Notes: generated from the sequence alone by a model not told the origin. Positions 18,886 to 29,101 are shown, numbered from the stretch's first letter. The stretch is DNA of 64,000 bases from an uncultured Phycisphaerales bacterium (GCA_963972125.1 CAXAUD010000014.1:3896-67895); one strand, 5' to 3'. Translations and numbers: made by a program.

Positions 18886-19125
18886 CTGGAGAGAGCACCG
18901 GCTCAATGTCTAGAGGAGAATCACAGCACGGCTGAGCGGTACTCGGAGAGAGATCGGGATGTTTGTTCACCAATGGACATATTCGTGCAGTCACAGCATG
19001 CGGTTGCATGGCATCCGTTGGGTGGATTCAAGTCGTATGAACAGAATCAGCTCCGCTGATTCCGGACTGATCGACGCAACATGCGTTGAAGCATGAGAAT
19101 GCATGTGATTTTTAACAGAATATGC

Positions 19126-20349
19126 TCAGGCGATGACCGAATCGGGGGATGCGTCGCCGCGCTGTTCGAGGGGGAGGGTGCGTGCGACATCGAGGAAAGC
19201 CTCGTAGTTTGCACGGGTTTCGATGATGGAATCGCCGCCGAACTTCTCGATGAAGGCGCTGGCGACCTCGAATGCGACGACATTCTCCATGACGACGCTC
19301 GCCGCGGACACGGCGCACACATCGGAGCGTTCGTATTGCGAATGCTCGGGTTGCTTGGTGTTCAGGTCGACGCTCGGGAGCCCCTGGAGGAGTGTGGCGA
19401 TGGGTTTCATGGTGCCGGTGACGACGACGGGTTGCCCGTTGGTCATCCCGCCCTCTGTTCCCCCGGCGTTGTTGGAGGTGCGGACGAAGCCGAGCGATGG
19501 CTCGTTGATCTTTGACGCGTCGTAGTGGATCGGGTCGTGGACCTGCGATCCGAGGCGTTTGGAGCATTGGGCGCCGAGCCCGATCTGGACGGCTTTGAAT
19601 GCCTGGATCCCCATGACGGCGTAGGCGATGCGTGCGTCGAGCTTGTCGTACCAGTTCATGGAGGTGCCGACACCGGGAGGGCAGTTGAAGACATGGCACT
19701 CGACATCGCCGCCGACGGTGTCCTTGTCGATCTTGGCCTGGCGGATGATGTCGCGCTGTGATTCGGTCGTTTCGGGATCGAGCGTGTAGGTGTCGGACTC
19801 GTCGCGTTCGGCGCGGAGCGCATCGAGCTTCTCGAAGGTGACTTCGACGTCCGTGCGTGCATCGAGGATCGAGCGGACGAACCCGAAGACTTCGACATCG
19901 AAGATCTCTTTGAGGATCAGACGCCCGACGCATGTTGCGGCGACGCGCGCGGCGGTCTCGCGGGCGCTGGCTCGCTCGAGTGTTTCGCGGCAATCGGTGG
20001 TGAGCCACTTGATGCTGCCCGAGAGGTCTGCGTGCCCTGGGCGTGGGCGATGGACGGGCGGGGTGCGTTCGAGGTCGTCGAGTCGTGAATCGCGGTTCTT
20101 GACGATGAAGGTGATGGGCGCGCCGATGGACTTGCCGCGCCGCACGCCGGTCATGATCTCGATGGTGTCGGTTTCGAGCTTCTGGCGTCCGCCGCGCCCG
20201 TAGCCGCCCTGTCGGCGTGCGAGCTCGCGGTTGATGACATCGGTGTCGATCGTGAGCCCGGCGGGAACGCCGAGGATCGTGGCGACGAGGCCGGGTCCGT
20301 GCGATTCGCCGGCGGTCTGGTAGGTCAGCTTTGCGTTTGGGATTCCCAT
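19126..20349 (-). CDS. aroC: chorismate synthase
   Basis: 407 aa with TAGESHGPGLV, RRQGGYGRG, RPGHADL and SARETAARVA. The length and motif order are typical of AroC. Confidence 0.93.
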   Translation of the reverse strand: MGIPNAKLTYQTAGESHGPGLVATILGVPAGLTIDTDVINRELARRQGGYGRGGRQKLETDTIEIMTGVRRGKSIGAPITFIVKNRDSRLDDLERTPPVHRPRPGHADLSGSIKWLTTDCRETLERASARETAARVAATCVGRLILKEIFDVEVFGFVRSILDARTDVEVTFEKLDALRAERDESDTYTLDPETTESQRDIIRQAKIDKDTVGGDVECHVFNCPPGVGTSMNWYDKLDARIAYAVMGIQAFKAVQIGLGAQCSKRLGSQVHDPIHYDASKINEPSLGFVRTSNNAGGTEGGMTNGQPVVVTGTMKPIATLLQGLPSVDLNTKQPEHSQYERSDVCAVSAASVVMENVVAFEVASAFIEKFGGDSIIETRANYEAFLDVARTLPLEQRGDASPDSVIA

Positions 20350-20382
20350 GGGTGGGTACCTCGGTCGGATCGGGTGCTCAGA

Positions 20383-22782
20383 TCAGCGCCAGTTGATGAG
20401 GGAGATGATGTTCGAGTAATCGTCGGTCCAGACGCGGATTCGGTCCTCGGGGTCGATGATATAGCTTTCCATCCCCGCGTTCAGCAGACGCTCTGCGGTC
20501 TCCGGGTTGCGTGCCAGAACGACCCAGACGGAGGGGAACCGATACATCCGCTGCTCTTCGGGCACATTATTGTCGATCGCGACGAGCGGTGCGTATGGCG
20601 TGGTCTGTACCGCGAGTTCGAACACGAGCGGCATGAGGTCGAGGTACCGGTTCGAGATGTGGAGGACGACCATGCCGTCGTCTTCGAGGCGATCGAAGTA
20701 GAGGTTGATCGCTTCCACGGTGAGCAGGTGGGTCGGGATCGAGTCGGAGCTGAACGCGTCCGCGTGGATGAGATCGAACTTCTCTTCGCCCATCTCCTCG
20801 GAGTCTTCGATGAGTTTGCGCCCATCGCCGAGGCGGACCTCGATGTCCGCGGGTGCTTTCTCGAGGAAGGTGAAGAGCTCGGGATCGCGTGCGATGGCTT
20901 CGACCTCTGGGTCGATCTCGAAGAAAATGATCTCGTCCTGGTCGCGTCCGTGCGCGGCGATCGCGCCGGAGCCGAGCCCCATGATGCCGATGCGAGCGCC
21001 TTGGGGGCGCATGGACTTGATCGTGTTCATGATCATCCCGCATGGGCCGTTGAAGTGGTAGTAGCCGAGCGGTTCGAGTTCGAGATCGGGCTCGTTGTAC
21101 TGGATCCCGTGGATGGTGGTGCCGTGGTGGATGACATGGATGTTCACGAATCGGTCGTTGAATGCGTCGTAGAGTCTCTGGCTGGTGACCTCGTGGATGC
21201 CGTAGAAGGTGCGTTTGCGATGAATGGTTTGCGCATCGGTTGCGGTGGTGTACTGAATCGCCAGCATGGGTATGAGCAGCGTCATGGCGCATGCGAGCCC
21301 GTCTTTCCATGCGAGGTAGACGAGCAGGGGCGGGACGGCGGACATGAGGGCGACAAGGGTCATGTCGACGGGGACCTGCTCGTAGGGCTTGCCCGTGATG
21401 AGTTCCTGAACGACCCGGGTGATATCTTCGCCGAAGAATCCCATCACGAGGACATATGCGAGGGAGATCATCGGCAACGCGATGCGTCTTGTGAGCCTGA
21501 TGCGTCTGGCTTTTTCCACGCTCATGCCGACAAGGTCATTGCTCCATGGGAGGACCGCGACGGCGAGCACGAGCGCGATGGGGTACTCGAGGTTGGTGTT
21601 GAACACGAGCGGGGCGAAGATGCCGTTGAAGAGCCCCCCCAGCGCCCCGCCGACGGACATGAGCAGGTAGAACTCTGTGAGGTGCTTGGCGTCGGGTCGA
21701 TCGAGCGAGAGTCGCCCGTGGCAGACCACGCCGATCGCGAAGAGCAGGAGCAACTCGACGATGACGATCAGCGCCATCGGGCCCTCGGCGTTGAGCTCGT
21801 TGGCCATGATCAGGACCATCGCGCCGATGACGAGGATCACCATGGGGCGGGTGAAGTCTTTGACGGCCCGTTCGACGAGCGCGCTGAACGCGATGATCAT
21901 CGTGATCAGGTAGAGCGCGAGCGGGAGCACCCAGAGCAAGGGCAGGGAGACGACATCCGTCGTGATGTAGCTCGTGACGCCCAGCAGGATTGAGCTGGGA
22001 ACGAACGCGAGATAGATCCAGTAAAGGCGTCGCTTCCAGGTGATCGCGTCGTCTTTGTGTGGTGCGTGCTCATCGCTCTCGGGTGTCGGCGTGACCATCG
22101 GAGCGCGGGCTTCGAGTTCCTGATTCTCCTTCGTCAATCTCTTCTCGAGCTTGCGTTGTCGCTTGGCTTCCTTGGGCGAGAGCTTGGCCAAGGTCTTGCC
22201 CTTTGTGCGCGATGCGGAGAAGAGTGCGAGAACGGTGAAGACACCAAAGCCAACCAGCCAGATCTCGCGCTGATTGGACACACCCAGGTTGGGTTCGAAG
22301 ATCAGCGGGTAGGCGAGCAACCCGATCAGACTGCCGGCGTTGCTCGCGGCGTAGAGGAAGTATGGGTCGTTGGCCCGGTGGTGCCCCGTGCGGGCGAACC
22401 AGCCCTGGATCAGCGGGCCCGCGCTGGAGATCGCGAAGAACGGGAGTCCCGAGACGAGCAGGAGCTGCCCGATGAGCCACGGGACGGGGAAGGTAGAGGC
22501 CTCGGGCGGTGCGGAGGGTGTGTCGAACATGATCCCTGCGACGAGCGCGAGGATCAGGACCGTGGTGTGGATGAGCATCTGCGCGACGCGTCCGAACCGG
22601 GTCATGAGGATGTGGGCGTAGAGGTAGCCGAGGAGGAGGAGGGACTGGTAGAAGAGCATGCAGGTCGTCCAAACGGACGAGCCGCCGCCGAAGACGGGGA
22701 GGAGGGTCTTTGCGACCATCGGCTGCACGGAGAAGAGCAGGCACGCGGACAGGAAGACGGTAAGGGTAAAAATAAGGACCAT
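20383..22782 (-). CDS. fused polytopic membrane domain / spermidine-synthase-like (class I SAM-MTase fold) protein
   Basis: 799 aa. The N-terminal part of about 500 aa has many TM helices. The C-terminal part carries IGIMGLGSGAIAAHGR, EIDPEV and DLIHADAFSSDSIPTHLLTVEA...DGMVVLHISNRY, typical of the spermidine synthase family. Confidence 0.8.
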   Translation of the reverse strand: MVLIFTLTVFLSACLLFSVQPMVAKTLLPVFGGGSSVWTTCMLFYQSLLLLGYLYAHILMTRFGRVAQMLIHTTVLILALVAGIMFDTPSAPPEASTFPVPWLIGQLLLVSGLPFFAISSAGPLIQGWFARTGHHRANDPYFLYAASNAGSLIGLLAYPLIFEPNLGVSNQREIWLVGFGVFTVLALFSASRTKGKTLAKLSPKEAKRQRKLEKRLTKENQELEARAPMVTPTPESDEHAPHKDDAITWKRRLYWIYLAFVPSSILLGVTSYITTDVVSLPLLWVLPLALYLITMIIAFSALVERAVKDFTRPMVILVIGAMVLIMANELNAEGPMALIVIVELLLLFAIGVVCHGRLSLDRPDAKHLTEFYLLMSVGGALGGLFNGIFAPLVFNTNLEYPIALVLAVAVLPWSNDLVGMSVEKARRIRLTRRIALPMISLAYVLVMGFFGEDITRVVQELITGKPYEQVPVDMTLVALMSAVPPLLVYLAWKDGLACAMTLLIPMLAIQYTTATDAQTIHRKRTFYGIHEVTSQRLYDAFNDRFVNIHVIHHGTTIHGIQYNEPDLELEPLGYYHFNGPCGMIMNTIKSMRPQGARIGIMGLGSGAIAAHGRDQDEIIFFEIDPEVEAIARDPELFTFLEKAPADIEVRLGDGRKLIEDSEEMGEEKFDLIHADAFSSDSIPTHLLTVEAINLYFDRLEDDGMVVLHISNRYLDLMPLVFELAVQTTPYAPLVAIDNNVPEEQRMYRFPSVWVVLARNPETAERLLNAGMESYIIDPEDRIRVWTDDYSNIISLINWR

Positions 22783-22885
22783 GCAGGCTCCGGGGACACG
22801 ATTCGTTGAATGAATACAGTAGCCGACTTCCCCACTGTTCGCCCATAACCGGCGTCAGGGTGCGGGTTTGGATGTAGAATCCGGT

Positions 22886-23200
22886 ATGCGGCCCGATGAT
22901 CATGTATGCCTGTGCTTCCGCGTATCCAAGCGGAAGATCGTGAACTACCTCCGCCGGGAGGACCCGCCCGTCGCGTCGCTGATCAGCGAGTGCCTGGGCG
23001 CGGGTACCGGGTGCGGATGGTGCGTGCCGTACCTCAAGCACCTGCACAAGCAGCACTGCGAAGGTCAACCAGACCCCGACATCATCGGGAGCGCCGAGGA
23101 TTACGCGAGCGGTCGGGCGAAGTTTCGCGAAACGGGCGAGCGGGACGGTGCTGGCGCAGAAAAGCACCCGGGCGAACCCGGGTGCTCGGACGATTCGTAA
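22886..23200 (+). CDS. bfd: BFD-like [2Fe-2S]-binding domain protein
   Basis: Contains CLCFRVSKRKIV...CLGAGTGCGWCVPYL, the Cys pattern of bacterioferritin-associated ferredoxin. The ATG at 22886 is preferred over the TTG at 22868. Confidence 0.75.
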   Translation: MRPDDHVCLCFRVSKRKIVNYLRREDPPVASLISECLGAGTGCGWCVPYLKHLHKQHCEGQPDPDIIGSAEDYASGRAKFRETGERDGAGAEKHPGEPGCSDDS

Positions 23201-23632
23201 TCAGTACCGTGGTTCAAACCCGCGTTGTCGCATCTGCGGGAACTGATCGAGCGGGAACGCGGGAGCGCTGATGGGTCGCAACGCCAACGCGAGGAGCACG
23301 AGCTCGTCGTCGTCACCCGCGATGCGGTTGGTGCGGAGTTGGCCGCACCCGACGCATTTATGCACGATCGACCATTCGCCGTCAGACTTCGTCGCGATCG
23401 AGATCGGTTCCATGGGTTGATTGCACGGCGATCTTCGATCCCCGATCTTCTCGTCCACATGGCGTGACCAGAGGCATGATGGGCAATGGTTGCGTTGGCG
23501 TGTGCCGAACGATTGGTATGAGATTGTGCACTTGCAGTGCACGCATGTAAACCCGCCTGTGTTGCGGGCGTGCTTGTCGTGATGTTTCAATGGAGAATCC
23601 CTTATGGCGCACACAAAATTTGTGACGCTCAA
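23201..23632 (-). CDS. RNHCP domain-containing protein
   Basis: 143 aa with a literal RNHCPSCLWSRHVD motif plus additional CxxC pairs (CVHCKC, CVGCG). Confidence 0.75.
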   Translation of the reverse strand: MSVTNFVCAIRDSPLKHHDKHARNTGGFTCVHCKCTISYQSFGTRQRNHCPSCLWSRHVDEKIGDRRSPCNQPMEPISIATKSDGEWSIVHKCVGCGQLRTNRIAGDDDELVLLALALRPISAPAFPLDQFPQMRQRGFEPRY

Positions 23633-23747
23633 AGGTCATGCGAGCATCGCTGCTCGCGTCGAGTACTCAGAACAACTCGGGTCGGGATTCAGGCAATGGG
23701 CGCTAGCATCAGCGTGGAGTATACAAAGACAGCGCCAGGGGTGCAAG

Positions 23748-23774
23748 AAAAACACCCGCCGAAAGGGCGGGTGC
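23748..23774 (-). terminator. intrinsic terminator (minus strand) after the TPR/alpha-CTD gene
   Basis: On the minus strand this reads GCACCCGCCC tttc GGCGGGTG followed by TTTTT. Confidence 0.75.
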
Positions 23775-23797
23775 TTTGAAATCGGGTCGATTGTGGA

Positions 23798-24742
23798 TCA
23801 CTCGTTCTCGTCGAGCTCACGCAGTGAGAGCCCGCAGTTGACGAGCTTTTCCTTGATCTCGACGAGCGAGGTAGCGCCGAAGTTTTTGACGCCCATGAGT
23901 TCGGCTTCGGTGTGCGAGCAGAGGTCGCCGATGCTCTGGATGTTGAGCATCTGGAGCGCCTTGCGTGCACGCACTGAGAGCTGGAGTTCGGAGACGGGCT
24001 TGTTGAGGAGCCCTTCCTTGCCGGTGCCCTTGAGCTTCTCGAGGATCTGGCGACGAGCGACGCGGTGCGCGTCCTCGCGTCCCTGTCCGAGACGGAGCCC
24101 CTTGGCCGCGAGCATCCGCTTGATTTCTTCGAGCGAGGACTCGCCGAAGTTCTTGTAGCTCATGAGTTCCGCTTCGTTGATGCGGATCAGGTCGCCAAGC
24201 GTACGGATGTTCATCTTCTTGAGACAGGTTCGTGCACGAACGGTGAGCTCGAAGTCCGTGACGGGGGTGTCGAGTAGTGCGCGGCGCTTCATGATGTCGC
24301 GCTCGTTCTCTTCCTCGATGACCATCCCCTTGGACGCGATCACATCCTGCATAAAGAGGCGTGCGCGTGTGTGGCTGGGGTTGGTGTCGAGGATCTGTCG
24401 CAGGCAGCGCTCCGCACGAACATAGTCGCCCTGATCTTCATACATGACCGCGAGGTTCATGAGTGCGTTGATCGGCGCGGGGGAGTTGTCGCACACACGC
24501 TCGTAGAGCGCGAGGGCTTCCTCTTCCTCACCCGATAGATCGAGGACATACGCGAGTTTGAACGCGGCATCCATGTGCGTCGGGTCCGCGGCAATCGCCT
24601 TGCGGAACGATTCGATCGCGCCGGAGCGATCGCCTTCGTCAAAGGCCTTCTGACCCTGCTCGAGCAGATCGGTCGCGGCTTTCGTGTCAACGGTCGAGGT
24701 GCCCGAGGCACCGACCACCATGTCCATGGGATCGTTCGACAT
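23798..24742 (-). CDS. TPR-repeat protein with two RNA polymerase alpha-subunit C-terminal-domain-like (HhH) modules
   Basis: 314 aa. The N-terminal part has TPR repeats. Two copies follow of L(T/S)VRAR..L..(M/L)NI.(T/S)(L/I)GDL......EL(M)..KNFG..SL.EIK..L...GL.L, which matches the RpoA alpha-CTD consensus. Confidence 0.8.
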   Translation of the reverse strand: MSNDPMDMVVGASGTSTVDTKAATDLLEQGQKAFDEGDRSGAIESFRKAIAADPTHMDAAFKLAYVLDLSGEEEEALALYERVCDNSPAPINALMNLAVMYEDQGDYVRAERCLRQILDTNPSHTRARLFMQDVIASKGMVIEEENERDIMKRRALLDTPVTDFELTVRARTCLKKMNIRTLGDLIRINEAELMSYKNFGESSLEEIKRMLAAKGLRLGQGREDAHRVARRQILEKLKGTGKEGLLNKPVSELQLSVRARKALQMLNIQSIGDLCSHTEAELMGVKNFGATSLVEIKEKLVNCGLSLRELDENE

Positions 24743-24876
24743 TCAGTTCTCCTGATCGGTTCAACGCCCGGCGGATCGGGCGGAATCGGATTCTAGGCAA
24801 AGAACCCGGCAGACTCCACTGGCAAAGCACGGGCATGGGGCGACAGAATCGCCCCAAACCCATGCGAAACCATTGG

Positions 24877-26532
24877 TTAGACGGCCCCGATCGTTGGATC
24901 TGCGAGCAGATCGTCCATCGGGTCGATGTCCGCGGGCGTATCGGGGTCAACAAGCGACAGGGTCTTCCATTTCCCCTGCATGAAGCGGATCCCGAGGACC
25001 ACGCCGAGCATGATGATGTAGAGCGATGCCCCGATCCACGGCCCCATCGAACCCAGACTGGGAACAAAGTAGACGAGCCCGTAGCCGACACCGATGATGC
25101 AGGTCCAGGATAAGACGATCGTCGCGACACCCGGCCAGACGGTATCGCCCGCGCCTCGGAGGGCCGCGGATGTCGTGATCGCCAGCGCATCGAAGAGCTG
25201 GAAGACCGCTGCGGCGATCATCACGGCGGACCCGATCTCGATGAGCTTGGCACGCTGGTCAGGCGGCGTGGCCTCGTCGATGAACACGGCAATCAACTCC
25301 GCCCGGAAGATGACGAATGCGAGCGCACAGATCCCCATGTATCCCAGCGTGATGTAGAGCGCAAGGTAGGCGCGTTTCGTTGCGAGATCGGGGCGTTTCA
25401 TGCCCATGCACTTGCCGACCATGGCTTGCGCCGCGATCGACAACCCCACCGCGGGCATGAAGCTCAGGTGCATGTACTGCAGCGCGATCCAGCCCGTGGT
25501 GTTGTGCAAGACTGGGTCATCGCCCGCGGCTTTTCCGCCCATCGGGACGAGCCAGACCATCAGCATGTTCCAGCACACGATCTCATTGACAAACATCAGA
25601 CCCGGAGCGAGCCCCACTTTCCAGAGCCCCTTGAGGCACTCGGCGCTGAGCTTCCATGCTTTGAGCGTTCCGAACTTGCGGGCATACTTCGGGGATACAA
25701 ACAAAGCGAGGGGGATCAGGAACTCGACGAAACCGCCGATGACGGTCGCGTATGCGGCGCCGATGACACCCATCGGGGCAACCCCGAGCGGCTCAGCGAG
25801 CGACGCGATGACACCCGTGATCGGGTTGACGATCCCACCGACCCAGCCCTCGAATACAAGGGGCTGGTCGCCGAAGATGAAGAGCAGGTTGAGCACGACA
25901 TTCACAAGGTTCGCAGCGATCGCGCTGATCAGCACCACCCATGGGCGATGGAGCCCGTAGAAGTAGTGATGGACCGTGCGTGAGCACATCACACCGAGCG
26001 AGCCCGCGAGAATGATGATGGCGTAGTCCGTTTCCAACTCGACGAGCGTGCTCATGATCGGGCCGGAGTGGATCGCGCGGAAATACATCGGGACGACGAA
26101 GATCGCCGGGATGATCAAAAAGATGTAGTACGCCAGGCATATCCAGAGCCCGTTCCACGCGTACGCGGCACCGCGCTCGGGCTTGTTTGCGCCGAGGTTC
26201 TGGGAGACGAATGAGTTGACGACCCCAGTCATGCCGAGCACGAACGCGATGAGTGTCCATGACAGGATCCCGCCGTTGGATTGCGCGGAGACATAGACCG
26301 GTTCTGGCCCGATGCGGGAGACCATGAGCTTGTCAGCGAACTGCATCACGGTGTATGACGACATGGTCGCGACGGAGGGAATGGCGATGCGCAGCATCTC
26401 CGCGAGCGCCGAGGTGTCCGGCGGTGTGTCGGGTGGGGAGTCGTGTTGTTCCAGGGGAGCAGCCGCGGGCATGGTGTCTGCGTGAGCAGGGTCCCGGCGC
26501 TCGACCCCGTGGGGGTTGCCTTGTTCTGTCAT
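24877..26532 (-). CDS. MATE family efflux transporter
   Basis: About 12 TM helices with an N-terminal region LAEMLRIAIPSVATMSSYTVMQFADKLMVSRIG typical of MATE/NorM. The ATG at 26532 is preferred. The upstream extension to 26619 contains hairpins and operator-like repeats. Confidence 0.85.
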   Translation of the reverse strand: MTEQGNPHGVERRDPAHADTMPAAAPLEQHDSPPDTPPDTSALAEMLRIAIPSVATMSSYTVMQFADKLMVSRIGPEPVYVSAQSNGGILSWTLIAFVLGMTGVVNSFVSQNLGANKPERGAAYAWNGLWICLAYYIFLIIPAIFVVPMYFRAIHSGPIMSTLVELETDYAIIILAGSLGVMCSRTVHHYFYGLHRPWVVLISAIAANLVNVVLNLLFIFGDQPLVFEGWVGGIVNPITGVIASLAEPLGVAPMGVIGAAYATVIGGFVEFLIPLALFVSPKYARKFGTLKAWKLSAECLKGLWKVGLAPGLMFVNEIVCWNMLMVWLVPMGGKAAGDDPVLHNTTGWIALQYMHLSFMPAVGLSIAAQAMVGKCMGMKRPDLATKRAYLALYITLGYMGICALAFVIFRAELIAVFIDEATPPDQRAKLIEIGSAVMIAAAVFQLFDALAITTSAALRGAGDTVWPGVATIVLSWTCIIGVGYGLVYFVPSLGSMGPWIGASLYIIMLGVVLGIRFMQGKWKTLSLVDPDTPADIDPMDDLLADPTIGAV

Positions 26533-26629
26533 CTGAATGTGCCTGTGGTATGAACCCGTAAGCATCCGGCGGACATGCCGGGAAGTGATACCGCATCGGA
26601 TGAAACCGGGATGCGGCAACTGTTCATTT

Positions 26630-26648
26630 TATTCGCGAATGGCGAATA
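26630..26648. promoter_or_regulatory. perfect 7-bp inverted repeat (candidate operator) upstream of the MATE gene
   Basis: TATTCGC-gaatg-GCGAATA in an A/T-rich patch between pdxA and the MATE gene. Confidence 0.3.
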
Positions 26649-26743
26649 GAAAGAAGCGGTCTGTTGTCAGCTGTGGGTTTTCATAGTGCGATCAGTGTTG
26701 CACAGATCCGAACCCAAGTCAACACAAGATCATAAACCCGCAT

Positions 26744-27808
26744 TCAGTTGCGTGAAACTTGTTGCGTTTCCGAGGCGCTGGGGGTGCTCATCCTGACGGC
26801 CAGATCGATCGCGTTGCCCATCGAACCGGGGTGGGCGATGCCCTTGCCGGCGATATCAAACGCGGTCCCATGATCGGGGGAGGTGCGGACGGTTGGCAGC
26901 CCCAGAGTGACATTCACGGCAAGGTCACGCTCGAGCAGTTTCACCGGGATGAGCCCCTGATCGTGGTACATCGCGACAACGAGGTCGTATTTTCCCGCAA
27001 CGGCTGCGTTGTAGATCGTGTCCGCGGGATATGGCCCCGAGGCTTGCATCCCGGAACTCATTGCGAGGTCGATCGCGGGTTCGATCAGCCGCTGCTCCTC
27101 ATCGCCCATCAAACCATTCTCCCCGGCATGGGGATTGAGGCCGCACACGGCGATGCGGGGGCGCGGGATCCCGAGTTTGAGGCATGCTTCGTGCCCGAGA
27201 TCGATCGCGTTGTGCACCACGCCGATCGTGAGTTTGTCGCGGATCTCGTTGAGTGGGATATGCACCGTCGCGAGGATCACACGGAGTTTGTCGCCCACGA
27301 ACATCATCGCGCTGCGTTTCGAGTTGAGTCGCTGGGCGAGCAGTTCGGTATGGCCGGGGTACTTGGATCGTCCCGCGAGGGCCCACGCCTCTTTGTTGAT
27401 CGGTGCGGTGACGATCGCGTCTGCGTGGAGCGGATCGTCATCGGGGCGTTTGGTGTCTTCGATTGCGCGGAGAACCCAGTCGAAGCTCAGCGAGCCCGAG
27501 AGTTTGTTGGGTTTTCGCGCAAACTCGATCTCACGCCCCTCCTCTTCGAGACGAGGATCGTCGTCGAGAAGGACGACATCGTGTGATGCAAGTGTTCCGA
27601 TGAGTTCGGATCGGGCATCGACACGCCACCAGAACGGGTCAACATCGCATGCGTGTGCGGCGTCGTTCATCGCGGTGGATGAACCGTGGATGATGTATCG
27701 GGCGCTGCCACGCCGTGCTTTATCGTTAAGGGCGCGCACTAGGACCTCGGGCCCGACCCCGCCGGGGTCGCCCATCGAGATCGCAATGGTTGGCTTGCGC
27801 GGCATCAC
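26744..27808 (-). CDS. pdxA: 4-hydroxythreonine-4-phosphate dehydrogenase
   Basis: 354 aa with IAISMGDPGGVGPEV, PGHTELLA, NPHAGE and VRTSPDHGTAFDIAG. Confidence 0.92.
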   Translation of the reverse strand: MMPRKPTIAISMGDPGGVGPEVLVRALNDKARRGSARYIIHGSSTAMNDAAHACDVDPFWWRVDARSELIGTLASHDVVLLDDDPRLEEEGREIEFARKPNKLSGSLSFDWVLRAIEDTKRPDDDPLHADAIVTAPINKEAWALAGRSKYPGHTELLAQRLNSKRSAMMFVGDKLRVILATVHIPLNEIRDKLTIGVVHNAIDLGHEACLKLGIPRPRIAVCGLNPHAGENGLMGDEEQRLIEPAIDLAMSSGMQASGPYPADTIYNAAVAGKYDLVVAMYHDQGLIPVKLLERDLAVNVTLGLPTVRTSPDHGTAFDIAGKGIAHPGSMGNAIDLAVRMSTPSASETQQVSRN

Positions 27809-27842
27809 GAATCGTATGCCATCGCTCCGCGTGATTCAGGAT

Positions 27843-29003
27843 TCAGAGGATCCGGGTGCTCCGAGGAAATGACCCGAGCACATGGAGTTCCTTGCAGTGC
27901 CCGCGCGCCTGGGCGATGGCACGCTGCATGTTCTCCTCGTCCTGGTGTCCGAGCGCATCGATATAGAAGGTGTAGCTCCAGTTCTCACGCCCGCTCGGGC
28001 GTTTATCGATGTGGCTCAGGTTGACGCCCTGGACATGGAACGCCTGGAGGACCTCGACGAGCGCCCCGTGCTTGTCGTCCGTCGCGAACATGATCGCGGT
28101 CTTGTCGTCACCCGAGGGGAGGGCCTGCTCGCGAGAGATGACATAGAAACGGGTGATGTTGTCAGGATTATCCGCGATGTTGCTGAAAAGCACCGGGAGC
28201 CCGTAGAGCTCACCCGCGAGTTCTGACGCGATCGCGGCGCTGCCCGGCTCCGCGCCGATCTCCATCGCGGTCTGGTTTTCCTTCTTCGCGGTCTGGACCG
28301 CCTGGCTGGTGGATGCGTCCGGGAGCTGCGCCGCATGGGGGTACTGCGTGTTCAGCCAGTTGCGGCATTGCGCAAAGACTTCGGGCTTTGAATGGATCCG
28401 CCGCACATCGTGAGGCTTGCAATCCGTGAGCAGCATGTGCTTGATCTCGATCTGCACCTCCGCGTACACCCGGACATGCCCGGCGTTTTCTGCCAGGGCG
28501 TCGAGGGTCTCGGTGATCCCGCCTCCGATGGAGTTTTCAATTGGAACGAGCCCATAGTTCACATGCCCGCGCCGGACCTCGGTGAAGACGCCTCCGATGA
28601 GTTGGAGGTCTTCGTAATCCACGCTGGAGCCGAACTGCTTGACCGATGCCTGATGTGAATAGGACCCGGGAGGGCCGAGGAACCCGATCCGGAGTGGCTG
28701 CTCGAGCGCGAAGCTCCCGGACATGAGTTCCCGATAGACGCCCTCGATGGTGCGACTGGGCAGCGGGCCCTGCGATCGTCCGAGTGCTTTGGCGAGCACC
28801 TGTGCTTCGCGATGGGGTGCGTAGATCGGTGTATTGGAGCCGCGCTTGAATGTGCCGACATCGACGACGAGCTTGGCTCGGGCGTTCAGCAGGTCGACGA
28901 GTTGCTGATCGAGGGTATCGATCCGCTCGCGAAGTTCTGCGAGTTGGGCGGAGTCTTCGGGACGCTCGGCCCCCGGCGCGTTTGGTGTCTGATCCTCAGG
29001 CAT
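27843..29003 (-). CDS. pheA: bifunctional chorismate mutase / prephenate dehydratase (P-protein)
   Basis: 386 aa. It has an N-terminal CM helix region (LAELRERIDTLDQQLVDLLNARAKL), a PDT domain (RIGFLGPPGSYSHQA, TRF) and a C-terminal ACT domain (GALVEVLQAF...NLSHIDKRP). Confidence 0.92.
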   Translation of the reverse strand: MPEDQTPNAPGAERPEDSAQLAELRERIDTLDQQLVDLLNARAKLVVDVGTFKRGSNTPIYAPHREAQVLAKALGRSQGPLPSRTIEGVYRELMSGSFALEQPLRIGFLGPPGSYSHQASVKQFGSSVDYEDLQLIGGVFTEVRRGHVNYGLVPIENSIGGGITETLDALAENAGHVRVYAEVQIEIKHMLLTDCKPHDVRRIHSKPEVFAQCRNWLNTQYPHAAQLPDASTSQAVQTAKKENQTAMEIGAEPGSAAIASELAGELYGLPVLFSNIADNPDNITRFYVISREQALPSGDDKTAIMFATDDKHGALVEVLQAFHVQGVNLSHIDKRPSGRENWSYTFYIDALGHQDEENMQRAIAQARGHCKELHVLGSFPRSTRIL

Positions 29004-29101
29004 ACGGCATTATCGCCCGAAAAACGCGTTGGGCTGAGTGTGTATGCTGAGTTCATTGATGATTGTCCGATAGTTTCCTCTCATAACCGGTTCTCGAAAG
29101 G

